A stretch of DNA of 64,000 nt from a virus, in IMG/VR virus record IMGVR_UViG_3300029121_000001. One strand, 5' to 3'. The position numbers were made by a program, and so were the translations under genes. Below are positions 9,367 to 18,651 of the stretch, in pieces (the first letter of the stretch is position 1; every line of letters begins with the position of its first letter). The notes under the pieces are model-generated. The model was given only the letters and a program-made list of their open reading frames with translations. It ran no database searches and was not told the origin of the DNA.

Positions 9367-9694
9367 CCTTTATACCCTCGGTTTCCCGATATTTAAGTAC
9401 GGGAGTAGACTATACATTATCACCTAATTTATAGTATTAGACTTATTGCTATTATAGTCGTTGAACGTCTCTCATATATTTCTATAGAAGATTTCGCTGC
9501 GTCTGAGTGACTTGCACACTCGGTTGATCCTACTCCAACCAGTTCTTATGGTCTCTACTATATTTCAAGCTGTTGAGTTTTAAACTCGTGCCACTATCAC
9601 GCTTATCATTTCTGATTACGTTGTAGTCGGTTGGGATTATGGGATTGTTCCCGCAATTTAAGCAATTTAACGTGAGCCATATTTTATTCATCTA
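9367..9694 (-). ncRNA. group I self-splicing intron (no ORF) in nrdD
   Basis: Minus-strand core GUUCAACGACUAUAAU (cf. Tetrahymena R element GUUCACAGACUAAAU) and AUGUAUAGUCUAC (cf. S element GAUAUAGUC). P7 is GACUA/UAGUC. P1 is exon GUGGGU with guide GCUCAC, including the terminal U.G pair. P10 is exon-2 AUAUU with AAUAU just 5' of the guide. The intron ends in G. Confidence 0.75.
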
Positions 9695-12044
9695 ACCCAC
9701 AGGTACGTCTTGCGACATTCATCTTATTCTGATCAGTATTGCCACAATTAGGACATTTCCAAATAAGTTCTCCCTTATCATTCCTTACAATTTCAATTTG
9801 GCCATCAAATCCACAGCATTGGCAATAGTCACTCTTTGTATTTAGCTCTGCATAAATGATAGTATTATAGATGTATTTAAGTACTTGGAGTACAGCTTCA
9901 ATATTATCTTTCATGTCAGGGATTTCTACATAGCTGATTGCACCGCCTGGGGACATCTCCTGAAACTTAGATTCGAAATGAAGCTTTTCGAATGCATCAA
10001 TGTGCTCCCGTACACATACATGATAAGAATTCGTAATATATCCATGGTCATTTACGCCAGGTACAGTTTCGAACTTCTTAAGAGCCTTTGCAAAAGTCTG
10101 AATTGTACTCTCCATAGGAGTGCCATACAAAGAATAATCGATATTCTCTGCTTTCTTCCATTCTGCGGTCTTATCATTCATATGCTGCATAACTTGGATA
10201 GCAAAAGGTTCACCTTCAGGATCAGTATGAGATTTACCAGTCATATAGAGAGTACATTCATAAAGTCCTGCATAACCAAGAGAGATAGTAGAATATCCAC
10301 CATACAAGAGTTTATCGATAACTTCACCTTTCTTAAGACGAGCAATTGCACCATGCTGCCAAAGAATAGGAGCAACATCAGAAGGTGTACCAAGAAGTCT
10401 TTCATGACGGCATCTCAGTGCAGTATGACAGATATCAAGATACTTATCAAAGATCTTCCAGAAATCTTCTTTATTTCTATGAGAAAGCATAGCAATATAA
10501 GGAAGATTAATAGTTACAACACCCTGATTGAATCTGCCATAATACTTATGTTTTCCAGGTTCATAATTCTTAGCATTAGCAATATTACCAATGCCATTAT
10601 CTGTGAATCTATCAGGAGTAAGGAAAGATCTGCATCCCATCGGAGGATATACATCACCCTTAATCTCAAGCATCTTCTTTTCAGAAACATAATCAGGAAC
10701 CATCCGCTTAGCAGTACACTTAGCAGCAAGTTCTGTTAGATACCAATAAGGAGAGTCCTCAGAAATATTATCATCTTCAAGAACATAGATTAATTTAGGA
10801 AATGCAGGAGTAACCCAAACGCCACATTCATTCTTGACACCTTGATAACGCTGCTTTAGAGTCTCTTCAATGATCATTGCAAGATCTTTTTTCTCTTGCT
10901 CATTTCTAGCTTCATTCAGATACATGAATACTGTAATAAACGGAGCCTGACCATTAGTAGTAAGAAGAGTTACAACCTGATACTGGATAGTTTGAACGCC
11001 TTTTTGAACTTCGATGCGAAGACGCATTTCAGTAATTTTCTCAATCTCTTCTGTAGAAAGTGCAATTCCAAGTTCATTATGCTCTTTGATGACTTCAGCA
11101 CGAATTTTCTTTCTACTAACATCAACAAAGGGAGCAAGGTGGGTTAGAGAGATACTTTGACCACCATACTGATTAGAAGAAACTTGAGCAATAATCTGAG
11201 TTGTGATATTACATGCAGTAGAGAAACTATGAGGAGTCTCAATGAGTGTTCCAGTAATAACAGTGCCATTTTTTAACATATCATCGAGATTTATCAAATC
11301 GCAGTTAAATGCGTGTGAGATAGAATAGTCACTATCATGGAAATGAATAGCACCTTCATTCCATGCATCAAGAACAATCTGAGGAAGCAAATAACGTCTA
11401 GTAAGATCTCTAGAAACTTCACCTGCAATATAATCTCTCTGAGTAGAATTAATGATGGGATTCTTATTAGAGTTCTCATATTTGGCTTCTTTATTATTCA
11501 AGCCAACAAGAGAAAGAATCTTGTCGTCTGTAGTATTCTTCTGACGAATCTGACTATGCTGATATCTATAGGTAATGTAGTGCTTAGCTACAGTAAATGC
11601 GCCAGCTTCCATGATACCAGTTTCAACAAGATCCTGAATATCCTCAACACCAATATTTTCAGTAGCTTTAGAACACTCATTGACTACTTTAATCACGATA
11701 TTATTGATCTCATTTTCAGACATTCTATCATTCTTAGCGACAGAAGCATTTGCTTTACGAATAGCATTGATGATCTTTTCGTGATCAAACGGAACGATTT
11801 GACCATTTCTCTTGACAACGTTTACAACAACCTTATTTACAGATTCAATCTTGACCCAATTACTGCCATCGTAAGTATATGAGTTGAAGAAATTTTCCCC
11901 ATTTACAGTGGCTACATCACCAATTTTCGGATCGGCAATAACACTAGTAATGGTTTCGATATCTTCACCATCAGAATTATGATTCAAGATAGCACGAAAG
12001 TGAAAAGCTCCTGTATTATGAATCTTTTTAATAGTTTCATCCAT
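9695..12044 (-). CDS. nrdD: anaerobic ribonucleoside-triphosphate reductase NrdD, exon 1
   Basis: ATP-cone VVKRNGQIVPFDHEKIINAI, long class III RNR body, Zn-ribbon CQCCGF..CPNCG, ends ..ARRTCG. The track tail LDE* is intron read-through. Start trimmed to ATG 12044 (SD AGGAGGA). Confidence 0.9.
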
Positions 12045-12126
12045 TGGATATTTCCTCCTAAAGTAAAAATTTCTTTCGAGCAAAGTCGATTACTATTAAG
12101 TTCAGCTAGAGAGTAAAATCAAAATA

Positions 12127-12161
12127 GAGAAAAATAAAGTCAGAGAGCAAAATCTCTGACT
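12127..12161 (-). terminator. intrinsic terminator
   Basis: Hairpin AGTCAGAGA/TCTCTGACT, then TTTATTTTT on the minus strand. Confidence 0.6.
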
Positions 12162-12174
12162 CTATTATTAGATG

Positions 12175-12807
12175 TTATCCTTTTTTCTCATCATCGAATG
12201 TTTCTACTAGCATCTTCATAAGAATGCCAATATCAGTAATAATAGTAGCTAGCTTGTAATATAGATCTGTATTATTACTAAAATTATTCAACTTCCCTAG
12301 TCTAACATCATCAGCTATATGAAGTTTAAGAACATATCTATCATGTTTAACACGTGGTGGATTTCCATAAGCATCTATTGCTACATGAAATTTAGAATTT
12401 TCATCTGCAATATCTGTCAACTCCCATATTTTATTAGGAATTGTATAGTTTCCTTTCAGATACTGTTCCATATGATTGAAAATATCAGTATTAGTAGGAC
12501 ATCTAAGCATATTTTCCATTACTGAAACAAATTCAGGATTTTCTTTATAATTAGTATCAAGAATCAAATAAGGAATATAAATCCATCCATCTCGATTATA
12601 GGTTTCTTGCTTTTCCACATAATGACCAAAGCTAAGATCACCAACAACTTTACATTTAACTCCAAGCTTTTCAAAGAATGGAACGAATAATCCCATTACA
12701 GGATCATTTACAGGAACTTCTGTATCATTATTAGGAATCATTTTATAATCTTCTTTAGTGATCATATGTTCGTCATTGTTATACAAGTTATACAATAGAT
12801 CTCTCAT
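12175..12807 (-). CDS. hypothetical protein
   Basis: ORF track. ATG 12807 overlaps the upstream stop (ATGA). SD GGAGTGGAG. Confidence 0.5.
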   Translation of the reverse strand: MRDLLYNLYNNDEHMITKEDYKMIPNNDTEVPVNDPVMGLFVPFFEKLGVKCKVVGDLSFGHYVEKQETYNRDGWIYIPYLILDTNYKENPEFVSVMENMLRCPTNTDIFNHMEQYLKGNYTIPNKIWELTDIADENSKFHVAIDAYGNPPRVKHDRYVLKLHIADDVRLGKLNNFSNNTDLYYKLATIITDIGILMKMLVETFDDEKKG

Positions 12808-13313
12808 TTTCTCCACTCCAATCCACAAGCCCACTTATAAAGATCTTCTGCACATTCAATAGCTCTTCTATGAAAAGTAAAGAATTCATAATGATCTACA
12901 ATACTATTATCTATCTTTGCTTCAATAGTAATACATCCATGTGTCTTACCTTTTCTAATTTGCCAGCTAGAAGGAAGATTATAAAGATCATGCCGAGTAA
13001 TAGATTTCTCAAACATGATATAAGGAACACATATGTTAGAAGCAGAGGGCACTTCAAAATTTTCTACAATAGGAATATCAGTTCCGTGTACTGTAGAAAT
13101 ATCATTTACAAAATCAGGAGCTATATGACCTTGACAGCAATACTTAGTCTGATATCCTCTCTTAAGAAGCTCAGCAACTGCAGGAGCAAGTAAATCATCG
13201 CATTCAAAATTATCCATAGGATAAGTAATTTCAATATTCCCAGGAAGATCCATTGAATTTGTGATACTTCTATCTTTGATAATATACCTTCCATCATTTG
13301 CAACATAAACCAT
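12804..13313 (-). CDS. hypothetical protein
   Basis: ORF track. SD AAGGAG upstream of ATG 13313. Confidence 0.5.
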   Translation of the reverse strand: MVYVANDGRYIIKDRSITNSMDLPGNIEITYPMDNFECDDLLAPAVAELLKRGYQTKYCCQGHIAPDFVNDISTVHGTDIPIVENFEVPSASNICVPYIMFEKSITRHDLYNLPSSWQIRKGKTHGCITIEAKIDNSIVDHYEFFTFHRRAIECAEDLYKWACGLEWRK

Positions 13314-13341
13314 TTTATTATCTCCTTTAATATAAATATTT

Positions 13342-13366
13342 GAGAGTAAGTATTTAACTTACTCTC
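13342..13366 (-). terminator. intrinsic terminator (hairpin)
   Basis: GAGAGTAAG/CTTACTCTC hairpin after 13396..14325. Confidence 0.5.
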
Positions 13367-13369
13367 ATT

Positions 13370-13381
13370 ATTATAATATCT
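13370..13381 (-). promoter_or_regulatory. promoter-like motif AGATATTATAATAATG
   Basis: Minus strand reads AAATAGATATTATAATAATGAG, immediately after the hairpin at 13342..13366. Confidence 0.45.
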
Positions 13382-13395
13382 ATTTTTACTAAAAT

Positions 13396-14325
13396 TTAAT
13401 CATCCATGAAATGATCTAATAGATATTTAGAAGCTTTCTCTAATATTTTAGCGAGATTTATTAAAGACTGATGAAATATACCAATAATAGTATCTTTCTT
13501 CTTCTTTTCAGATTTTGAATTTCTAATTACTACAGACTGGGCTTGATCACAATCATCTTTTGCTGTCTGAGTCATACTAATACCAACGACAGTATTTCCA
13601 TTACCAGAAATATTTTGAGTAATATTAATAGACTGAGTTTGTTTTAAACTATTACTAATAGTCCTATAAGAATCTATATTAATATTCTCTATTCTATACT
13701 TATCATGTTTCTTATTAAGTTCTTCTACAGTAATATTAGTAAGACCTAAATCTACACATAGTGACCAACTATAGTTAATCCAATCTCTATCCTGTACAGA
13801 TGTTGTGATAAATACTCCAATACCTTTAATAACATAGAAAAATCCTAGAGTTGTAGCATTGCATTCAATGTAAGGCCTTATGATATCTTCTTTATCACTA
13901 TAAACGATTTTAGCATCATTTTTAATTAAATTAAAAAGTTTTGCCTTATCGTCACTAGTAGCAGTATAGTTTCCACACATTTGACGCATTCTAGCATATG
14001 CTTCTGCTTGAGACATTTCTTTATCATAATAAGGACTGTTATGTTTAATTGTAGTAATCTTCTCCCATCTACAAATTCCGCATTCTACAATAACAATCCA
14101 TACATTATCATACATATCTGTCACGTCATGATTCCTGTATGATATTGTAAGATAAAGATTATTCTCCATTCCTCGTTCTGGTTTGATTTTAGGACAACCC
14201 ATGGGACCATATCCAGTGCAGAATGATTTTCTTAATGCTATATGTTTCATTCCACAATGGCATTCAGCATCATTAATAATTTCTTTTACTAGATTATTCA
14301 ATCTTACAGTTTCTTCATTTGCCAT
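13396..14325 (-). CDS. hypothetical protein
   Basis: ORF track. SD AAAGGAGG upstream of ATG 14325. Confidence 0.5.
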   Translation of the reverse strand: MANEETVRLNNLVKEIINDAECHCGMKHIALRKSFCTGYGPMGCPKIKPERGMENNLYLTISYRNHDVTDMYDNVWIVIVECGICRWEKITTIKHNSPYYDKEMSQAEAYARMRQMCGNYTATSDDKAKLFNLIKNDAKIVYSDKEDIIRPYIECNATTLGFFYVIKGIGVFITTSVQDRDWINYSWSLCVDLGLTNITVEELNKKHDKYRIENINIDSYRTISNSLKQTQSINITQNISGNGNTVVGISMTQTAKDDCDQAQSVVIRNSKSEKKKKDTIIGIFHQSLINLAKILEKASKYLLDHFMDD

Positions 14326-14434
14326 ATTTAATACCTCCTTTAATTAATTTTTGGTTATTTATTAGATAAAAAATAAAATATAAAATGTGTTCTAATACTT
14401 TAAGTAATAAACAAATGAAAGGAGTAGTTAGATT

Positions 14435-15670
14435 ATGAGAGAATATACTACAGAAGATCTAACTGGACGAAAATTTGGAATGCTAACCGTAATAAGAAGG
14501 GATGTTGGAAATGATTACATCACTCCAAGCACTGGTAGGAAATCAGCTCGATGGATATGCAAATGTCTTTGCGGGAACATAAGAAGTGTTCCAGTACAAC
14601 AATTAAGAAGTGGCCATACATGGAATTGTGGATGCCAATCCAAGAATAAACTTAAAGATTTGACAGGACAAAAATTCGGAAAACTTACAGTAATAGGAAG
14701 AGCTGAAGATTACATTAGTCCAAGAAATGAGCGCGAGGTTCAATGGAGGTGCAAGTGTGACTGCGGCAGGGAATGTATTGTAAGAGGGCATAGTCTTCGT
14801 AATGGTCATACAACATCTTGTGGCTGTGCTATAATTGAAGCATCTACAAAACATGGTATGCACGGCACTAGATTGTATGGTATTTACAGAGGAATGATCA
14901 ATAGATGTTATAATAAAAATTTAGCTCAATATCCTGATTATGGTGCTAGAGGAATTTATGTTTGTGATGAATGGAGAGGTGAAAATGGTTTTATAAACTT
15001 TATGAATTGGGCTCTTGCTAATGGATATACTGAGGAATTAACTATTGACCGTAAAGATAACAATGGCCCTTATTCTCCTGATAATTGTAGATGGGTTACA
15101 ATGGTAATTCAAGCAAACAATAGAAGATCAAATGTTTATGTTGAATATAATGGAGAATCTCATACTATTTCTGAATGGTCTATGATTACTGGCATTCCAT
15201 ATGCTACTTTACGCAAAAGACTAAATGATGGATGGGATATTGATAAAATTTTTAATACTCCTGTAAATGATTATATTCAAACAATAACTAATTCTAATGG
15301 AGAATCTCATACTATTTCTGAATGGTCTATGATTATTGGATTAAATCGTGATTTGATTTATGATAGACTTTATAAACAGAATTGGGATGTAGATAAAGCA
15401 TTGTATACGCCAGTGTCAACTGATAGAATGCCCAATTATATTACATATTATGGAACTACAATGAATTATTCTGATTGGGAAAAAGCTAGAGGATTTTCTA
15501 GTGGTACAGTTTCTCATAGATTAAAACGAGGAATGTCTGTACAAGAAGCTCTTAATGCTCCAATAACTGATCAGAATGGAAATGATAAAGTAATTCCTAA
15601 TGCAATATATTTTATTGATGAAAATAATAAACCGATTAGTCAATTTGATTTTAGCGTAATGTTTAAATAA
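14435..15670 (+). CDS. free-standing homing-endonuclease-like protein (two Zn-ribbon modules, IDR..NCRW domain, three HTH-like repeats)
   Basis: LTGRKFGMLTVIRR..WICKCLCG..LRSGHTWNCGC and LTGQKFGKLTVIGR..WRCKCDCG..LRNGHTTSCGC. Then LTIDRKDNNGPYSPDNCRWVT..QANNRR. Then three copies of (NGESHTISEWSMI.G....L..RL...W....A...P). One of only three plus-strand genes. Confidence 0.55.
   Translation: MREYTTEDLTGRKFGMLTVIRRDVGNDYITPSTGRKSARWICKCLCGNIRSVPVQQLRSGHTWNCGCQSKNKLKDLTGQKFGKLTVIGRAEDYISPRNEREVQWRCKCDCGRECIVRGHSLRNGHTTSCGCAIIEASTKHGMHGTRLYGIYRGMINRCYNKNLAQYPDYGARGIYVCDEWRGENGFINFMNWALANGYTEELTIDRKDNNGPYSPDNCRWVTMVIQANNRRSNVYVEYNGESHTISEWSMITGIPYATLRKRLNDGWDIDKIFNTPVNDYIQTITNSNGESHTISEWSMIIGLNRDLIYDRLYKQNWDVDKALYTPVSTDRMPNYITYYGTTMNYSDWEKARGFSSGTVSHRLKRGMSVQEALNAPITDQNGNDKVIPNAIYFIDENNKPISQFDFSVMFK
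15148..15188 (+). repeat. 41-nt perfect direct repeat, copy 1
   Basis: taatggagaatctcatactatttctgaatggtctatgatta, identical to 15295..15335. Confidence 0.9.
15295..15335 (+). repeat. 41-nt perfect direct repeat, copy 2
   Basis: Identical to 15148..15188. Encodes the repeated NGESHTISEWSMI segment. Confidence 0.9.
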
Positions 15671-15674
15671 AAAA

Positions 15675-15703
15675 TAGGGATAGACCTTTATGGCCTATCC
15701 CTA
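15675..15703. terminator. bidirectional terminator between convergent genes
   Basis: Hairpin TAGGGATAG/CTATCCCTA flanked by A/T runs on both sides. Confidence 0.6.
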
Positions 15704-15741
15704 TTATTAATTAATACCTAGTTATTCAACTATATATTAAA

Positions 15742-17496
15742 TTAGTTTTGACCGTTCCTGATTCCGCTTCTATTGAGAATGCGACAACGACTCTGTACTG
15801 GTTGATACTCGTCGATTAGGAAGCGCTCAAATGCGGTGACTGCAGGCAGCGTCGGATTAGCTGCATTGCGAATCTCGTTGGAGACATACATCTGATAGTC
15901 ATAGATACGATAAGTAACACGGTTAGTGTTATGAGGCATCAGCAGAACAATCAGAGTATCATTCCAACGAAGCTTATCAGAACCAATGAACTGATAGATG
16001 CGCTTGTCAGAAGTCACAACAGTACGCTTATAATCCAGATCAACTGCACCAATAGAGTTGGGAGTAGTGTAGGAATACTCAACAGGAGTAATCTTACGGA
16101 TCAGATCAGGATCACCGAAGATAGTGATGACCATGTTAGGATCATTTAGGACCTGCAGCATACGAGTGATCTCGGTGTCAAATGCATCAAAGAACATCGA
16201 ATGACGCCAGGTCAGAGGATCCAGAGCATAGCCCGTCGGAGGTGCATAGTCGAACTCCATGTAACCACGAGAACGATCATCCAGACGATCATAAGAATCA
16301 TCCAGATACTGCTTAATCTTATCATCCTTGTAGTTAGCCAGAGTAGTCTTCAGCATGCTCATAATCTTGGTCAGCTGATTGACCTGATACAGTGCAGCCA
16401 GATCCTTAATTTCCTCAGGGCTGATGGTAACAGACAGAGGAATAGCATTAGGAATCTCGATCAGACGAGTATCAGTATCCCACTTAACAGTGCAGGTATC
16501 CATCATGTGGTTAGCAGTATCCAGCTCAGCAGACAGCATAACCTTAGTGATCTTACCAGCAGCAGAGAAGATATTGAAGACATTCTTATCCATAGTGCCA
16601 GACAGAGTATCATTGATCTTCTCAACAGTGTCAGCATCCTTACGGATAAACAGCTCAACAGGAGCAGTGAAGGTACGTTCATACTGATTGTAGCCAGGAG
16701 CAAACTTGATATTGGTCTGGAACCAGACATTCTGGACCTCACCTGCATCAGCAGCAGTAGCAACCTTACCATTCTTACGAATGAAGCCATCAGCATCAGG
16801 CATAATATCACCCTCAGCGATGTACATCTTCGCGATCTGAATAGCAGAAATATGAGTCTTAATAGACAGATCATCCTGCTTGGTACCACCACAGCGCTTC
16901 AGAATATCGGTGCCACCCATCTCAGGCAGAGTCAGCTCGATATCATACACAGGATTGGACTCATCGATGGCAGCAGTCATCTTGTCCTGATTCAGATACA
17001 TATCGATCTCATTACCCTTGGTGTCGACCAGCAGACGACGCTCCATGGTCATGGTGAACTTGGGACCCTCAGCAACAACCTTCTGAATTGCACCCTTATC
17101 GAAGACCATGTTCATCAGAATATTCTTATGAACAGGGAAAGTCATACCAATGACAGGGTTATAATCTGCCATATTAGCATGCTCCAGGATAGCATTCGCA
17201 TCGTTCTCGAACTGCTGTTCCATCATAGCCTGCTGATCCTCGAGATAACCAGGATCATTGACAAACGGATCGCGAGTATCCTGATCCATAAAGTTCTCGC
17301 AGAAGAACTGCTTCAGGGTCTCACGCTCAGCAGGACGACGCAGAAGCGTCTTGGGCTGCTCGAAGATATCAATACTAGATTCGGTTAGAATATTTTGAGC
17401 AAGATTAATAAAACTCTGAGTATAGCCACTCATCGGATCGCGCGTATAGCTGCCACCGACAAAGCCAGTCTTAGAGTTAACAGCACCGATAGGCAT
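15742..17496 (-). CDS. abundant virion protein, possibly major capsid protein
   Basis: 584 aa, strong SD AAGGAGG, visibly G+C-rich codon usage relative to its neighbours, and preceded by an acidic scaffold-like gene. No diagnostic motif recognised. Confidence 0.35.
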   Translation of the reverse strand: MPIGAVNSKTGFVGGSYTRDPMSGYTQSFINLAQNILTESSIDIFEQPKTLLRRPAERETLKQFFCENFMDQDTRDPFVNDPGYLEDQQAMMEQQFENDANAILEHANMADYNPVIGMTFPVHKNILMNMVFDKGAIQKVVAEGPKFTMTMERRLLVDTKGNEIDMYLNQDKMTAAIDESNPVYDIELTLPEMGGTDILKRCGGTKQDDLSIKTHISAIQIAKMYIAEGDIMPDADGFIRKNGKVATAADAGEVQNVWFQTNIKFAPGYNQYERTFTAPVELFIRKDADTVEKINDTLSGTMDKNVFNIFSAAGKITKVMLSAELDTANHMMDTCTVKWDTDTRLIEIPNAIPLSVTISPEEIKDLAALYQVNQLTKIMSMLKTTLANYKDDKIKQYLDDSYDRLDDRSRGYMEFDYAPPTGYALDPLTWRHSMFFDAFDTEITRMLQVLNDPNMVITIFGDPDLIRKITPVEYSYTTPNSIGAVDLDYKRTVVTSDKRIYQFIGSDKLRWNDTLIVLLMPHNTNRVTYRIYDYQMYVSNEIRNAANPTLPAVTAFERFLIDEYQPVQSRCRILNRSGIRNGQN

Positions 17497-17657
17497 TAGG
17501 TATATCCTCCTTGATTAGTTATATGACCTACTATTTGAAGGACGTGACAAATAGTAAATCGAAAATGTTAAATTAATATAAAGATATAAGCAGGAATTAG
17601 AGAGGTTTCCTACAAATATTTATTTATTAGTTATGATAAATTAACCGAAAATGGTCG

Positions 17658-18647
17658 TTATTTATCACTGTTTATATATGATATAATTTCAGATACAGTT
17701 CTAAGAACAGCGATAAATTTGATATAGTTACTATAGTTATCTATATAAGATCTATTATCAAAATTATAGGTTACATAATCAACAATAATCTCTTTCAGTT
17801 TAGAAAGAGATACTTGCACTCTTTGAATTTTCTCAAGGTTATTAGCATTTTTAGGGATATTATTTACAGCATTAATAGTTGTATTAATGGTATCATATAT
17901 ATCTCTATAACTTTCCTTAAGTTTTACAATTCTCTTTATTTTGTCATCGTCAGAAAGAGAATCATACAAAGATTCTTCAGCAGCCCGTTGATCATCATCT
18001 GTAATAGTAGAAGAAGGATCCTTAGCTCCACCAGTAGATCCATCAGAAGACCCGGAATCATCGGAACCAGAATCAGAAGAACCGCCATCTGTACCATCGT
18101 CACTAGAGTCATCAGAACCTCCATCTCCACTTATAGTGAAATCATCGGAACCATCGTCGTCACCTGAATCATCAGATATATCATCACTACCAGTATCGTC
18201 TTCGGAATCAGGGTCATCGTTACCAGTATTATCATCTGTAGAAGTTTCGTCTCCACCATCATCAGATTGTGTATCAGGATCATCTGCTCCTGTATCATCA
18301 TTAACAGTGAAGTCGTCATTCTCATCGTCAGATTGAGCATCTGTACCATCAGAATCATCCATAGATCCATCGTCTTCATCATCTAGAGTAAAATCATCCT
18401 CAGATGCATCACTATCATCTGTAGTAGTTTCATCTCCAGTGTTGTCGTCACCTGTATCTTCATTCTCATCTTCTACAGCATTATCTGCTGTATCTGAAGT
18501 GTCATCAGAAGGGGTAGAATCATCTGTATTTTGATCCTGATCATCTTTATTTTCATCATCAGTATCATCTACATTAAAATCATCATTGTCATCAACAGTT
18601 TCACCATCAACTGACAATTCATTTAAGTAGTATTTGAATAGACCCAT
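17658..18647 (-). CDS. hyper-acidic low-complexity protein (scaffold-like?)
   Basis: About 200 aa of D/S/T/G/E-rich sequence followed by a roughly 100-aa helical C-terminal domain. ATG 18647 abuts the upstream stop. Confidence 0.5.
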   Translation of the reverse strand: MGLFKYYLNELSVDGETVDDNDDFNVDDTDDENKDDQDQNTDDSTPSDDTSDTADNAVEDENEDTGDDNTGDETTTDDSDASEDDFTLDDEDDGSMDDSDGTDAQSDDENDDFTVNDDTGADDPDTQSDDGGDETSTDDNTGNDDPDSEDDTGSDDISDDSGDDDGSDDFTISGDGGSDDSSDDGTDGGSSDSGSDDSGSSDGSTGGAKDPSSTITDDDQRAAEESLYDSLSDDDKIKRIVKLKESYRDIYDTINTTINAVNNIPKNANNLEKIQRVQVSLSKLKEIIVDYVTYNFDNRSYIDNYSNYIKFIAVLRTVSEIISYINSDK

Positions 18648-18651
18648 TTTA

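Noticed and set aside
9367-9399. Alternative nrdD 3' splice site after the G at 9400, directly after P7'
   Set aside because: It keeps the frame but yields RTCG-LLKYRETEGIKD-IGTQFWNQ.., which breaks the canonical CGY(I/L)G motif. The site at 9367 gives RTCGYIGTQFWNQGR, has a P10 pairing, and leaves room for a P9 hairpin (UCCCG/CGGGA).
16201-17388. 395-aa plus-strand ORF, with other nested ORFs at 16424..16892
   Set aside because: They lie entirely inside, and antisense to, the G+C-rich capsid-like gene. The sequences are low-complexity L/I/S/R-rich with no SD. They are an artefact of the local lack of stop codons.
17814-18382. Several overlapping ORFs in other frames and on the other strand within the acidic-protein gene
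   Set aside because: They are by-products of the GAT/GAC/TCA-rich low-complexity repeat. Only the D/S/T/G frame has an SD, a coupled start and a normal C-terminal domain.
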